DNA from: Candidatus Latescibacterota bacterium
GTDB lineage: Bacteria; Latescibacterota; UBA2968; GCA-2709665
NCBI GenBank assembly: GCA_965116875.1
Contig: OZ220733.1
Span: forward strand, 3,424,001-3,488,000
Length of the DNA: 64,000 bases
Direction of reading: 5' to 3'
In this document: positions 38,364 to 48,212 of the stretch, piece by piece
How the letters are laid out: each line of letters begins with the position of its first letter
Numbering within the stretch: the stretch's first letter is position 1
Program-made: the position numbers and the translations under genes
The notes under the pieces: generated by a model
The model's input: the letters and a program-made list of their open reading frames with translations, nothing else
What the model was told of the DNA's origin: nothing
Database searches by the model: none

Positions 38364-39311
38364 GAATTGAGAATTAAGAATTGCGTTTGCTGAAAGATAC
38401 CGGCTATCTATCCGAAGACGAATTCGCCAGCATTCATGCCGATGCTGAAGAATTTTGTCGGCTTCTGGCAGCGATTCAGAAGACCGCGAAGGACAAACGC
38501 AGCGCCTGACTCTGATTCTCAATTCTCAATTTTTAATTCTTAATTCTTAATTGATTGTTCCCCATGCAAATTGCCTAATTCGCCGCCGGTTCATTCGCAT
38601 CCATTCCGATGCGGAAGAACTTTGTCGGCTTCTCGCAGCGATTCAGAAGACCGCGAAGGACAAACGCAGCTCCTGACTCTAATTCTTAATTCTCAATTCT
38701 TAATTCTTAATTCGTATGGTGTTGTAGCGAGATTGTGGAGACGAAATGAAGGATGATAACATCGTCCAGGAAAAAGGCTATGGATTTGCAGTTCGAGTGG
38801 TACGGCTCTATCAACACTTGTCAACGGAAAAGAAGGAATTCGTGCTATCAAAGCAATTGTTACGCTCTGGAACCGGTATTGGAGCTAACATCGAAGAGGC
38901 GATTGGTGGTCAGTCCCGTGCAGACTTTGTCAGCAAGATGGCCATCGCCTATAAAGAAGCTCGTGAAAGCAGCTATTGGCTGCGTTTACTGAAAGATACA
39001 GACTATTTGTCCGAAGACGAATTCGCCAGCATTCATTCCGATGCTACAGAACTTTGTCGGCTACTCGCAGCGATTCAGAAGACCGCGAAGGACAAACGTA
39101 CCGCCAAATCCTAATTCGTAACTCTTAATTTGTAATTTTAATCTGTTAATTCCCATGCAAATTGCCTAATTCGCCGCCGGTTCATTCGCATCCACTCCGA
39201 TGCGGAAGATCTTTGTCGGCTTCTCGCAGCGATTCAAAAGACCGCGAAGGACAAACGCAGCGCCTGACTCCGACTCTAATTCTTAATTCGTAATTCTTAA
39301 TTCTCAATTGA
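38351..39311 (+). repeat. Heptamer arrays (AATTAAG / AATTCTT) interleaved with three partial copies of the four-helix-bundle gene 3' end and two copies of the GT4 start
   Basis: Gene-end copies at ~38381-38509, ~38597-38676 and ~39188-39267; CCCATGCAAATTGCCTAATTCGCCGCCGG at 38561 and 39152 mimics 39318-39346. Confidence 0.85.
38746..39114 (+). CDS. Four-helix-bundle protein (23S rRNA IVS-protein/Avd-like family)
   Basis: KQLLRSGTGIGANIEEA...SRADFVSKMAIAYKEARESSYWLRLL signature; GGAG SD. Confidence 0.9.
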   Translation: MKDDNIVQEKGYGFAVRVVRLYQHLSTEKKEFVLSKQLLRSGTGIGANIEEAIGGQSRADFVSKMAIAYKEARESSYWLRLLKDTDYLSEDEFASIHSDATELCRLLAAIQKTAKDKRTAKS

Positions 39312-39320
39312 TTAATCCCC

Positions 39321-40613
39321 ATGCGAATTGCTTATATCGCCGCCGGCGCCGCGGGGATGTATTGCGGAAGCTGCATTAACGACAATACGCTGGCCTCGGC
39401 GCTCAGGCGCAAGGGAGTCGACGTGGCGCTGATTCCAACGTACACGCCGCTGCGGACCGATGGTCCGGACGAGAGCATCGACCGTGTGTTCTACGGCGGA
39501 ATCAACGTCTATCTCCAGCAAAAACTGGCGTTCTTTCGTCGCGCGCCGGAATTCGTGGACCGCCTGATGAACGCGCGGACACTCTTGAATTCGCTTTCGT
39601 GGTTCACCGGATCGACGCGTGCGGAGGAGCTGGGGGCGCTCACGGTCTCTATGCTGAAGGGGGAACAGGGTTGCCAGAGGAAGGAGCTGAAAAAGCTGGT
39701 CCGGTGGCTGAAAGACGACCTGCGCCCGGACCTTGTTCATCTGACGAATTCCATGTTTCTCGGCATGGTACGCGAGTTGAAGCGTGAACTGGGCGTTCCC
39801 GTTCTGTGTTCCGTGCAGGGAGAGGAGGTTTTTCTCGACGGGTTGGTCAGACCGTACCGGGACGAGGCGTTGCATGCGATGCGCGACCGGGCGGGCGACG
39901 TGGACGCATTTGTGGCAACGTGCGACTGGTACGCGGCGTCCATGGCCGCGTACCTGAGTGCGCCGCGCGAACGCTTCCGCGTGGTTCCCCTGGGCATCCG
40001 TCTGGATGGCCACGGCGAGGCCGATCGGGTCTTGCCGGAGACGCCGTTTACGATTGGCTACATGGCCCGCATCGCGCCGGAGAAGGGACTGCATCTTCTG
40101 GCGGATGCCGTGGGGCGGCTGGCGGAGCAGGTGGGAAAAGAAAATGTCAGGTTGCTGGCGGCGGGTTATCTGGGCGGGCGTGAGAAGCGCTACTTTCGCG
40201 AGGTCGTCTCGTTGATTGCATCCCGCGGGATTTCCAACGCCTTCGAGTACCGAGGCGAGGTGGACCGGCAGCAGAAAATCGATTTTCTGAACAGCGTCCA
40301 TGTCTTGTCTGTACCCACGCCGTATCGGGAACCGAAGGGGCTCTTCGTATTGGAGGCGCTGGCCAGCGGTACGCCGGTGGTCCAGCCGCGTCACGGCGCG
40401 TTCCCGGAGCTTCTCGAACGCACCGGAGGCGGCATCCTGGTCGATCCGGACTCTCCGGCTGCGCTCGCGGAGGGGCTGTCCCGGATGATGAGCGACAGGG
40501 AGGCCCGGGAAGGCATGGGGAGACGGGGCCGTGCGGCCGTGCTCCGGACGGCCGGCGACGGGTGCATGGCCGACGCCATGCTGGACGTCTATCGACAATT
40601 CGTCCCGGCGTGA
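39321..40613 (+). CDS. GT4 (GT-B) glycosyltransferase with an N-terminal CxxC motif
   Basis: GAAGMYCGSC N-terminus; RIAPEKG and EPKGLFVLEALASGTPVV (EX7E) motifs. Confidence 0.9.
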   Translation: MRIAYIAAGAAGMYCGSCINDNTLASALRRKGVDVALIPTYTPLRTDGPDESIDRVFYGGINVYLQQKLAFFRRAPEFVDRLMNARTLLNSLSWFTGSTRAEELGALTVSMLKGEQGCQRKELKKLVRWLKDDLRPDLVHLTNSMFLGMVRELKRELGVPVLCSVQGEEVFLDGLVRPYRDEALHAMRDRAGDVDAFVATCDWYAASMAAYLSAPRERFRVVPLGIRLDGHGEADRVLPETPFTIGYMARIAPEKGLHLLADAVGRLAEQVGKENVRLLAAGYLGGREKRYFREVVSLIASRGISNAFEYRGEVDRQQKIDFLNSVHVLSVPTPYREPKGLFVLEALASGTPVVQPRHGAFPELLERTGGGILVDPDSPAALAEGLSRMMSDREAREGMGRRGRAAVLRTAGDGCMADAMLDVYRQFVPA

Positions 40614-40694
40614 TCCGTCCTCGGACCGAGGTTCCGGCGGCTTGCTCCGGCCCGAAGAGCGACTTTATCAACGGACTGCAAAGGGGGAGAAAAT

Positions 40695-41195
40695 ATGCCG
40701 GCCGAACAGGCAACCACGCCAGGGCTGACCTGGTTGATATTCGCCGCCATGACGGTAGGGGCATGGGGACTGTACGGAATCTTTCTGCATACCGGGCAAA
40801 TTGCAATGGCCGATCCCGTGAACGGACGGTACAAAGCGTTCCTGCTGGTGGGCGTGGCGTATCTGCTGACCGCGGTCATCGGTTCCATGATCGTCCTCTG
40901 GGTGAACGGCTCGGACTGGTCGTTTCCCGTGCGCGGGTTCACGTGGTCTCTGCTTGCAGGCACCGTGGGCGCCATCGGCGCATTCGGCGTCCTGCTCGCG
41001 TTCGGGGCCCGGGGCACGCCTGCCGTTGTGATGTCGATCGTGTTCGCGGGGGCGCCCATTGTCAACGCCGTCGTGTCGATGGCCGTGCACCCGCCCGCCG
41101 GTGGATGGGGCGCGCTGAACTGGCAGTTCGTGCTGGGCATCGTACTCGCGGCGATGGGGGGGTGCCTCGTGACGCTCTTCAAGCCGGCGTCGTGA
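40695..41195 (+). CDS. Small DMT/EamA-like membrane protein
   Basis: About five hydrophobic helices; WGLYG and VMSIVFAGAPIVN motifs. Confidence 0.75.
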   Translation: MPAEQATTPGLTWLIFAAMTVGAWGLYGIFLHTGQIAMADPVNGRYKAFLLVGVAYLLTAVIGSMIVLWVNGSDWSFPVRGFTWSLLAGTVGAIGAFGVLLAFGARGTPAVVMSIVFAGAPIVNAVVSMAVHPPAGGWGALNWQFVLGIVLAAMGGCLVTLFKPAS

Positions 41196-41281
41196 CCTCT
41201 CCGCCCGGCCGCTGGCGATACCGTCTGGCGTCTCCCGTCTCCCCCCATTCGGAATCGTTCAATTCGTGGTTGTGTGGTTTT

Positions 41282-41306
41282 GTAGGGGCGTCCCTTGTGG
41301 GCGCCC
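41282..41306 (+). repeat. GTAG-type REP
   Basis: GTAG-GGGCGTCC-cttgt-GGGCGCCC. Confidence 0.7.
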
Positions 41307-41331
41307 GGTGGAATCCCTGAGAGGAAGTCCT

Positions 41332-41772
41332 GTGCCAAGCGAATTCCGGACCACGCGAAGAGTTGAGTTTTCGGATACGGACATGGCCGGGATTGTGCAT
41401 TTTTCCCGGTTTTTCGATTTCATGGAGGCGGCCGAACACGCGTTTCTGCGTTCGATCGGCACGAGCGTGGCGGGCACATGGGAAGGGCGCAGGGTCGGAT
41501 GGCCCCGGGTGGGCGCGTCGTGTGACTATCTGAATCCTGTCCGGTTCGAGGACCGGCTGGATGTGCGGTTGAAAGTGATCCGAAAAGGGACGAGTTCCAT
41601 AACCTACGGTTTTGAGTTCCGGCGTGACAATGTCCTTATCGCCCGCGGCCGGTTGAGCGCGGTGTTCTGCGAGTGCGCCCCGGGAGAGCCGCTCCGTTCC
41701 ATGCCGATACCCGACTTCATCGCCGATCAGATCCAGGAGGCGAAGGATGGAGGGGACGATGCTGAGGGCTGA
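41332..41772 (+). CDS. 4HBT/YbgC-family acyl-CoA thioesterase
   Basis: RRVEFSDTDMAGIVHFSRFF hotdog motif; GTG start after GAGGA. Confidence 0.88.
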   Translation: MPSEFRTTRRVEFSDTDMAGIVHFSRFFDFMEAAEHAFLRSIGTSVAGTWEGRRVGWPRVGASCDYLNPVRFEDRLDVRLKVIRKGTSSITYGFEFRRDNVLIARGRLSAVFCECAPGEPLRSMPIPDFIADQIQEAKDGGDDAEG

Positions 41773-42415
41773 GCGGGTATCGAAGCAGTATGGCGACGTA
41801 TCCGTCTTGCGGAACGTCTCGTTCGAGATGGCGCCCGGTCAGTCGATGGCAGTTGTCGGGCCTTCGGGGTCGGGCAAGAGTACGCTGCTGCACGTGATCG
41901 GCACGCTGGACAGACCGTCCTCCGGCCGGGTGGCGTTCGACGGCCGGGACCCATACGCCCTCTCCGGGAAGGAGCTCGCGCGCTTTCGGAACCAGGGGAT
42001 CGGATTCGTCTTCCAGGACCACCATCTGCTGCCTCAGTTTTCCGTTCTGGAGAACGTGCTTCTGCCGACGCTGGCGTTCCGGGACGAGAAACGGGACGCC
42101 GCTGCAAGGGCGCGGGACCTGATCGAACGGGTCAGTCTCGGGCATCGGACCCACCACCGCCCCGCCGCCCTGTCGGGGGGAGAACGCCAGCGGGTGGCGG
42201 TGGCGCGAGCGCTGGTCAACAGGCCGGCGCTGCTTCTTTGCGATGAGCCGACGGGCAGTCTGGATCGGGCCCGGGCGAATGAGGTCTTCGATCTGCTCTT
42301 CGAGTTGCACGCTCAGGAACAGACCATTCTGATCGGCGTTACGCACAGCCCGGAAATGGCCGCGAGATTCGAGCGCCGGATGTCGCTGCGGGAGGGAACT
42401 TGCGTAGAAGCCTGA
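41747..42415 (+). CDS. ABC transporter ATP-binding protein (LolD/MacB type)
   Basis: GPSGSGKST, LSGGERQRVA, DEPTG and H-loop. Confidence 0.93.
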   Translation: MEGTMLRAERVSKQYGDVSVLRNVSFEMAPGQSMAVVGPSGSGKSTLLHVIGTLDRPSSGRVAFDGRDPYALSGKELARFRNQGIGFVFQDHHLLPQFSVLENVLLPTLAFRDEKRDAAARARDLIERVSLGHRTHHRPAALSGGERQRVAVARALVNRPALLLCDEPTGSLDRARANEVFDLLFELHAQEQTILIGVTHSPEMAARFERRMSLREGTCVEA

Positions 42416-45400
42416 CGTTCTTCTGGCGAATTCATCTGTCCGTCCTGCTGGGTGTGGCCGTGGCCACGGCTGTGCTCACCGGCGCCCTGCTGGTGGGCGA
42501 TTCGGTGCGCGACAGCCTGACAGACCTGACCCTCGACCGTCTGGGCGAAATCGACCACGCGCTCGTTTCGGAGCGCTTTTTTCGTGCGGGTCTTGCGCGG
42601 GACGTCGAGAGGGCGAGCGATGGACTGACCGTTGTACCGGCGGTGACCCTCGGGGGATCGGCGGTGCATGCAAGCGCCGGGACACGGGCCTCCCGCGTTA
42701 CCATTCTGGGTGTCGATTCCCGGTTCGGGGAGCTGTTCGACGAGGAAATACCCGTCCCGGACCGCCTCGGCGCCGCGACGCCATTCGTCGCCAATGAGTC
42801 GCTGAGGAGCGAACTGAACGCCCGTGTGGGCGACGCGGTCCTGCTTTCGTTCGAGCTTCCTGCCGACGTCCACAGGGAATCGTTGTTTGGGAGGGAAGAG
42901 GTTTCAGAGTCAATACAGACCGTACGTGTGCGGCTCGCGGGCGTCGTGCCGGACCGGGGGATGGGTCGTTTCGGATTGCGCGCGCGGCAGGATGCGCCCC
43001 TCAATGCTTTCGTGTCCCTGCCCGTATTGCAGGAAACGCTGGGGTTGCCCGGCCGGGTGAACATGCTCCTGGTCTCCGCGGATTCGCACGGCCCCGGCGA
43101 TCCGGCGCATGCGCTTTCCCGGGCTGCAACGCTGGATGATCTGGGGCTCACGATGCGGGTGGATGCCGGCTATTTCTCGGTTGAGAGCGCGGGATATCTG
43201 TTGAAGCCCCACGTCGCCCAGGCGGTTCTGGGTGTGGCGGATGGGATTGGGATGCCCCGAATGGCGGTACTGACCTACCTGGCCAATACCCTCCGGGTGG
43301 GGAACCGCGAATTGCCCTATTCGACGATTGCCTCGATGGACGCGGGGGGCGTCGGATCGCTGCGACTGGCGGACGGGCGACCGGCGCCGGTCCCCGGAGA
43401 GGATGAAGTGCTGCTGAATGCCTGGGCGGCGGCGGATCTTCACGCCAGGACCGGAGACACCGTGGACGTGGCCTATTTCGAAGCCGGGCCGAAGGGCGCG
43501 TTGAACACGCGGCGGGTCGCGTTTCGCGTGGCCGGCGTCGTCTCCATGGAGGGATTGGGCGCGGATTCGCTGCTGACGCCGGCGTTTCCGGGACTTCACG
43601 GCGTGGATGACATGCACGCGTGGGACCCGCCCTTCCCGGTGGACCTGAAGCGTATACGGCCCGAGGACGAGGCCTACTGGGACGCTTATCGCGCCGCCCC
43701 CAAGGCCTTCGTGTCGTCCGCCACGGGACAACGACTCTGGCGAAGTCGATTCGGCAGTCTGACCTCCATCCGGTTGGCGCGCGCGCCGGGAATGGACGTC
43801 AGACAATCCGCCGGGCGATTTCGGTCGGGAATCCGGGATGCCCTCACGCCCGAATCCGCCGGATTGGTCTTCCAACCCGTGAGAAAACAGGGTCTGGCCG
43901 CTTCTTCGGGGTCTACGGACTTCGGCGGTCTGTTCGTTGGATTCAGTCTGTTCCTGATTGTCTCGGCGGCGTTGCTCGTTGGCCTCCTCTTCCGGCTCGG
44001 AGTGGAGCAACGCGCAAACGAGGTGGGCGTGCTGATGGCGTCGGGTTTTGCGACAGGCACGATCCGAGGCCGGTTTCTGCGTGAGGCCGTCTGGCTGTCC
44101 GGGTTGGGGGGCGCGATCGGGCTTGCGGGAGGACTGGCGTACGGATGGGTCATGATCACGGGGTTGCGCACCTGGTGGGCCCCGGCCGTCGGAACCGGCG
44201 AACTCTCGCTGCACGTGAACGCGTCCAGTCTGACGGCCGGATTTCTGATTTCGCAGGCTGTGGTCCTGTTCACGATTTTAATGACGGTCCGGCGATTGGG
44301 CGCACTGCCCGTACGCTCTCTGCTGTCCGGTACCGTTCAACAGCCGGACGCCGCCGGCGGGCGCCGGATCAAAGCGTATGCGATCGGAAGCTTCGGACTG
44401 GCGGCGGCCTGCCTCGCAGGCGCGTCAGGCGCTACGCGCGAAGCTGCGATTGCGCTGTTTTTCGGTTGCGGTGCGTTTCTGCTGATATCGGGCATATGTG
44501 TCCTCGCCATCCGGTTGCACGGACGCCGCCGCGCAGCGGAGCCGGGGATCTGGAGTATGGGTGTGCGGAACAGCGCGCGCAATCCGGGGCGAAGCCTCCT
44601 GTGCGCTTCGTTGCTCGCAAGCGCCTGTTTCGTGGTTGTTGCGGTTGGCGCCCATCGCCGTATCGATGCCGGCGCGGATGCGTTGAACAGCCGGACGTCG
44701 GGTGGAGGCGGGTTTCAACTCGTCGCCGAATCGGATGTGCCGCTCTACCACGATATCAATTCGGAGGACGGCCGGTTCGAACTGGGGTTTTCCGTTGAGG
44801 ATGCAGGGATCCTGGACAGCGCGCGGGTCATGGCGTTCCGCGTCCTGCCGGGAGAGGACGTGAGCTGTCTGAATCTCTACAGGCCCCGCCATCCCAGAGT
44901 TCTGGGCGTGCCCGATGCGTTCATACGACGGGGCGGCTTCACCTTCGACCGGCTCCTGGCGGAAACGGAAGAGCCGTGGACTTTATTGACGCGACGACCG
45001 GAACCGGATGTGATACCCGCTTTCGGAGACGCGAACTCGGTGACCTGGATTCTGCACATGAAACTGGGCGACGAGATCCCGATCCGAACGGACACGGGCG
45101 AGGTCGTCAGGCTGCGTCTCGTGGGACTTTTGAAGAACAGTATCTTCCAGAGTGAACTGCTTGTGTCCGAGTCGAATTTCACCGCGCATTTCCCCGAACG
45201 GAGCGGTTATGGGCATTTTCTGATCGAGACCGACCGACCCCGTGAACTGGGGGCGCTGCTGGAGCTGAGGTTACAGGACGCCGGTCTGGATGCCATGACG
45301 GTCTCGGCCAGGCTGGCCCGTTTCCGGACAGTGGAAAATACGTACCTGTCGACGTTTCAGACGCTGGGCGGTCTGGGGGTGCTTCTGGGTACGTTGGGTC

Positions 45401-45720
45401 TTGGGATCGTGATGGTGCGCAACGTCATCGAGCGGCGCACCGAACTGGCGGCGCTGAGGGCGCTCGGGTTTCGCAGGTCGACGATCTCGGTACTTCTGTT
45501 CGTGGAGAACGGATTCCTGATGGCAACGGGCATGGCAATCGGCGTCGTGGCCGCGATCGTGACGGCGATACCCCATGCCTCCGGCGGCGGCCTGCCCTGG
45601 ATGTCCTTAATGGCCACGCTGGGTCTTATACTCGGCGCCGGCCTGGCCGCGGGCGCCGCCGGAATCTTCGCCGCGCTGAAAACCCCGCTGTTGCCGGCGT
45701 TGAAACGGGAAGGAGCATGA
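42400..45720 (+). CDS. Large FtsX/MacB-type ABC permease with two periplasmic domains
   Basis: Two FtsX repeats (EQRANEVGVLMASG; ERRTELAALRALG), 1106 aa. Confidence 0.88.
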   Translation: MRRSLTFFWRIHLSVLLGVAVATAVLTGALLVGDSVRDSLTDLTLDRLGEIDHALVSERFFRAGLARDVERASDGLTVVPAVTLGGSAVHASAGTRASRVTILGVDSRFGELFDEEIPVPDRLGAATPFVANESLRSELNARVGDAVLLSFELPADVHRESLFGREEVSESIQTVRVRLAGVVPDRGMGRFGLRARQDAPLNAFVSLPVLQETLGLPGRVNMLLVSADSHGPGDPAHALSRAATLDDLGLTMRVDAGYFSVESAGYLLKPHVAQAVLGVADGIGMPRMAVLTYLANTLRVGNRELPYSTIASMDAGGVGSLRLADGRPAPVPGEDEVLLNAWAAADLHARTGDTVDVAYFEAGPKGALNTRRVAFRVAGVVSMEGLGADSLLTPAFPGLHGVDDMHAWDPPFPVDLKRIRPEDEAYWDAYRAAPKAFVSSATGQRLWRSRFGSLTSIRLARAPGMDVRQSAGRFRSGIRDALTPESAGLVFQPVRKQGLAASSGSTDFGGLFVGFSLFLIVSAALLVGLLFRLGVEQRANEVGVLMASGFATGTIRGRFLREAVWLSGLGGAIGLAGGLAYGWVMITGLRTWWAPAVGTGELSLHVNASSLTAGFLISQAVVLFTILMTVRRLGALPVRSLLSGTVQQPDAAGGRRIKAYAIGSFGLAAACLAGASGATREAAIALFFGCGAFLLISGICVLAIRLHGRRRAAEPGIWSMGVRNSARNPGRSLLCASLLASACFVVVAVGAHRRIDAGADALNSRTSGGGGFQLVAESDVPLYHDINSEDGRFELGFSVEDAGILDSARVMAFRVLPGEDVSCLNLYRPRHPRVLGVPDAFIRRGGFTFDRLLAETEEPWTLLTRRPEPDVIPAFGDANSVTWILHMKLGDEIPIRTDTGEVVRLRLVGLLKNSIFQSELLVSESNFTAHFPERSGYGHFLIETDRPRELGALLELRLQDAGLDAMTVSARLARFRTVENTYLSTFQTLGGLGVLLGTLGLGIVMVRNVIERRTELAALRALGFRRSTISVLLFVENGFLMATGMAIGVVAAIVTAIPHASGGGLPWMSLMATLGLILGAGLAAGAAGIFAALKTPLLPALKREGA

Positions 45721-45876
45721 ATGCGCTTTCGGCTGTCGAATGGCGGATTTTTCCGGGGCCGGACAACAAGGTTCAGCGGCCAAATTAAGAATACTGTTTT
45801 GGGATCGCAGAGTGTATCTTCAATGAAAGGCACGTAGCAGCACTTCACCGATCATACGTCGTGAAGGGAGCATGAA

Positions 45877-47172
45877 ATGAATCGAATGACTGTGATCCTG
45901 ACCGCTTTCTGTCTGGTGGTTGTCGCCGGACCGGCGGCGTCGAACTGGCCGCATTGGCGCGGTCCGAACCGCAACGGGCTGGTCGACGGGAGTCCGCCCG
46001 TACAGTGGAGCGAACAGAAGAATATCCGATGGAAGGCGCCCATTCCAGGCCTGGGGCACGCAACGCCGATTGTCTGGGGCGACCGTATTTTCGTGCAAAC
46101 CGCGGTGAGGACTGACAAACTTGCTGCGGACACCGGCAAGGGAAGGCGACGCCCGCCACCCAATCTGTTTCAGTACAGGGTCCTGGCGCTGGACCGGCAT
46201 ACCGGGGAAACCGTCTGGGAAAAGACGGTTCGGGAGGCCCGGCCTCACGAGGGAATGCACCGCACGGCATCGTTTGCGTCTCCGTCGGGCATCACGGACG
46301 GAGAGAACCTCTATGCGTATTTCGGATCACAGGGGCTTTATTGCCTCGATATGGACGGCAATCTGAGGTGGGAGAAAGACCTGGGCAAATACTGGAGCAG
46401 AAGCGCCTTCGGCGAGGGGGCTTCGCCGACGATCCACGGCAACGCGCTGTTGATCAACTGGGACCACGAAGGGGACTCGTTCATCGTCGCGCTGGACAAG
46501 AAAACGGGAAGGGAACTCTGGCGCAAGGCTCGAGATGAGGTGACGTCCTGGTCCACGCCGCTGACCGTGGACCGCGGCAAGCAGACCCAGGTGATCGTGA
46601 GTGCGTCGGCCCGCACCCGGAGCTACGACCTGAAAGATGGGGCGCAGATCTGGGAATGCGGCGGCCTGGGGACGAACGTGATACCGACGCCGCTGTATGC
46701 AAACGGGGTGGTGTACGTGGCCAGCGGTCACAGCAGTCCCGCCATGCAGGCCATCTCGCTGGATACGGCAAGGGGCGATATCTCGGATTCGGATTCGGTA
46801 CTCTGGTCGATAACGCGGGATACCCCGTACGTGTCGTCACCGCTGCTCGATGGCGACAGGCTGTTTTTCGTGAAAGGCAGGGGGGCGTTCCTGTCTTGCT
46901 ACAATCCCGCAACGGGCGAACCGCGCTTCGGGCCCATACGTCTGAACGGGATCGGCTTCGTCTACGCGTCTCTGGTTGGCGCGGACGGCCGCGTGTACAT
47001 TTCCGATCTGGACGGGAAGACGCTCGTCATCAGGAACGGCCCTGAATTCGAAATCCTGGCGACGAACACCCTGGATGAAGGGAGCGGGGCGTCCCCTGTG
47101 GTTGTGGGGGACGCGCTCTATCTGAGGGGGCGCAGCCACCTATATTGTATCGCGGAAGACCGGAAGAATTGA
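45877..47172 (+). CDS. PQQ-binding-like beta-propeller protein, secreted
   Basis: Signal peptide, NWPHWRGPNRNG, GEGASP, WSTP, YVSSP blades. Confidence 0.88.
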   Translation: MNRMTVILTAFCLVVVAGPAASNWPHWRGPNRNGLVDGSPPVQWSEQKNIRWKAPIPGLGHATPIVWGDRIFVQTAVRTDKLAADTGKGRRRPPPNLFQYRVLALDRHTGETVWEKTVREARPHEGMHRTASFASPSGITDGENLYAYFGSQGLYCLDMDGNLRWEKDLGKYWSRSAFGEGASPTIHGNALLINWDHEGDSFIVALDKKTGRELWRKARDEVTSWSTPLTVDRGKQTQVIVSASARTRSYDLKDGAQIWECGGLGTNVIPTPLYANGVVYVASGHSSPAMQAISLDTARGDISDSDSVLWSITRDTPYVSSPLLDGDRLFFVKGRGAFLSCYNPATGEPRFGPIRLNGIGFVYASLVGADGRVYISDLDGKTLVIRNGPEFEILATNTLDEGSGASPVVVGDALYLRGRSHLYCIAEDRKN

Positions 47173-47212
47173 CAGACTTGAAACCCGTATCCGAAACGAG
47201 AGAGGAGTTTCG

Positions 47213-48211
47213 ATGAACCGCTTCCTGGCATTGAAACCAGCGTGCGTTGCATCCTTCATCCTCCTGCTGGGTGCGTCCGGGTGCGAAGGGCCGGACGATT
47301 CGCGGGAAACGTCCGCGCCGGAGCGCCGGTTCCTGAGCGTGGGCACCGCGCCCCCCGGCGGCGCGTTCTTCGTGGTTGGCGGGGCGATCGCTCAGGTCGT
47401 GGACGACCACGGAGGAGAGCTGTCCTGGGACGTGACCGCGGAGGCAACCAAGGGGACGCAGGAAAACATCCGGCGCCTCGTGCGCGGCGAACTGGATTTC
47501 GCGCTGGCCAATGCCGCGATTTCGTATTTCGCCGTGAGAGGCGAGGGCGCCTGGGGTGAAAAGCACGAAATCAACGCCGTCATGACGCTGGCGCCGAATA
47601 TCGCCCTGTTCGTTACGCCGGAGGGGTCCGGGGTCCGCGCCATCGACGATCTCAAGGGCAAACGGGTGGTCGTTGGTCCTGCCGGGGCCGGTTTCGAGTA
47701 TTTTCTTGCGCCGATTCTGGAGGCGCACGGCGTCACCTATGATGACTTCAGCCCGTTACACAATACGCAGGCCGGGGCTGTGGATATGCTTGCGGACGGC
47801 TCCGCCGCGGCCGCGTTTCTGGGCGGCGCGGTTCCCACGGCGTCCATCACCCAGGCAAGCGCCTCTCAGGACATTCACTTTATCCCCTTCGGGGTCCCCG
47901 AAAAGGAACGCCTGTTCCGGAACTATCCGTTCTTCAACGCGGCGAGTATTCCCGCGGAAACCTATCGCGGCCAGACCGAAGCCTTCGAAGGGTTGAACGT
48001 GGGCGCGATGCATCTGGTGACACCGGCCGCCCTGGACGAGGAGACCGTGTATCGTTTTACCAGAATCCTGTACGAAAATCGCGCGGACGTGGTCAGGAAG
48101 CACCCCGCGGGCAAAGCGATTCATCCGGCGAACGTGATTCGGGACACGGGGACGCCCTTCCATCCCGGCGCGATCAGGTATTACCGGGAAATCGGGATCT
48201 GGCCCAACTGA
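47213..48211 (+). CDS. TAXI-family TRAP solute-binding protein
   Basis: GTAPPGGAFFVVG, ATKGTQENI, DLKGKRV and PFHPGAIRYYRE motifs; lipoprotein-like signal. Confidence 0.9.
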   Translation: MNRFLALKPACVASFILLLGASGCEGPDDSRETSAPERRFLSVGTAPPGGAFFVVGGAIAQVVDDHGGELSWDVTAEATKGTQENIRRLVRGELDFALANAAISYFAVRGEGAWGEKHEINAVMTLAPNIALFVTPEGSGVRAIDDLKGKRVVVGPAGAGFEYFLAPILEAHGVTYDDFSPLHNTQAGAVDMLADGSAAAAFLGGAVPTASITQASASQDIHFIPFGVPEKERLFRNYPFFNAASIPAETYRGQTEAFEGLNVGAMHLVTPAALDEETVYRFTRILYENRADVVRKHPAGKAIHPANVIRDTGTPFHPGAIRYYREIGIWPN

Positions 48212-48212
48212 C

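Noticed and set aside
38381-39267. DGR template/variable repeats, since the four-helix-bundle family is Avd-related
   Set aside because: Differences between copies are not adenine-specific and many are synonymous; no reverse transcriptase in the window
45706-45879. Short direct repeat GAAGG(G)AGCATGAA at the FtsX stop and before the next gene as a target-site duplication
   Set aside because: Only about 13 bp, imperfect, and explainable as SD-plus-ATG similarity
29323-47172. Calling the propellers BamB or PQQ dehydrogenases
   Set aside because: No bam context, no pqq genes, and they are shorter than quinoprotein dehydrogenases; only the fold is supported
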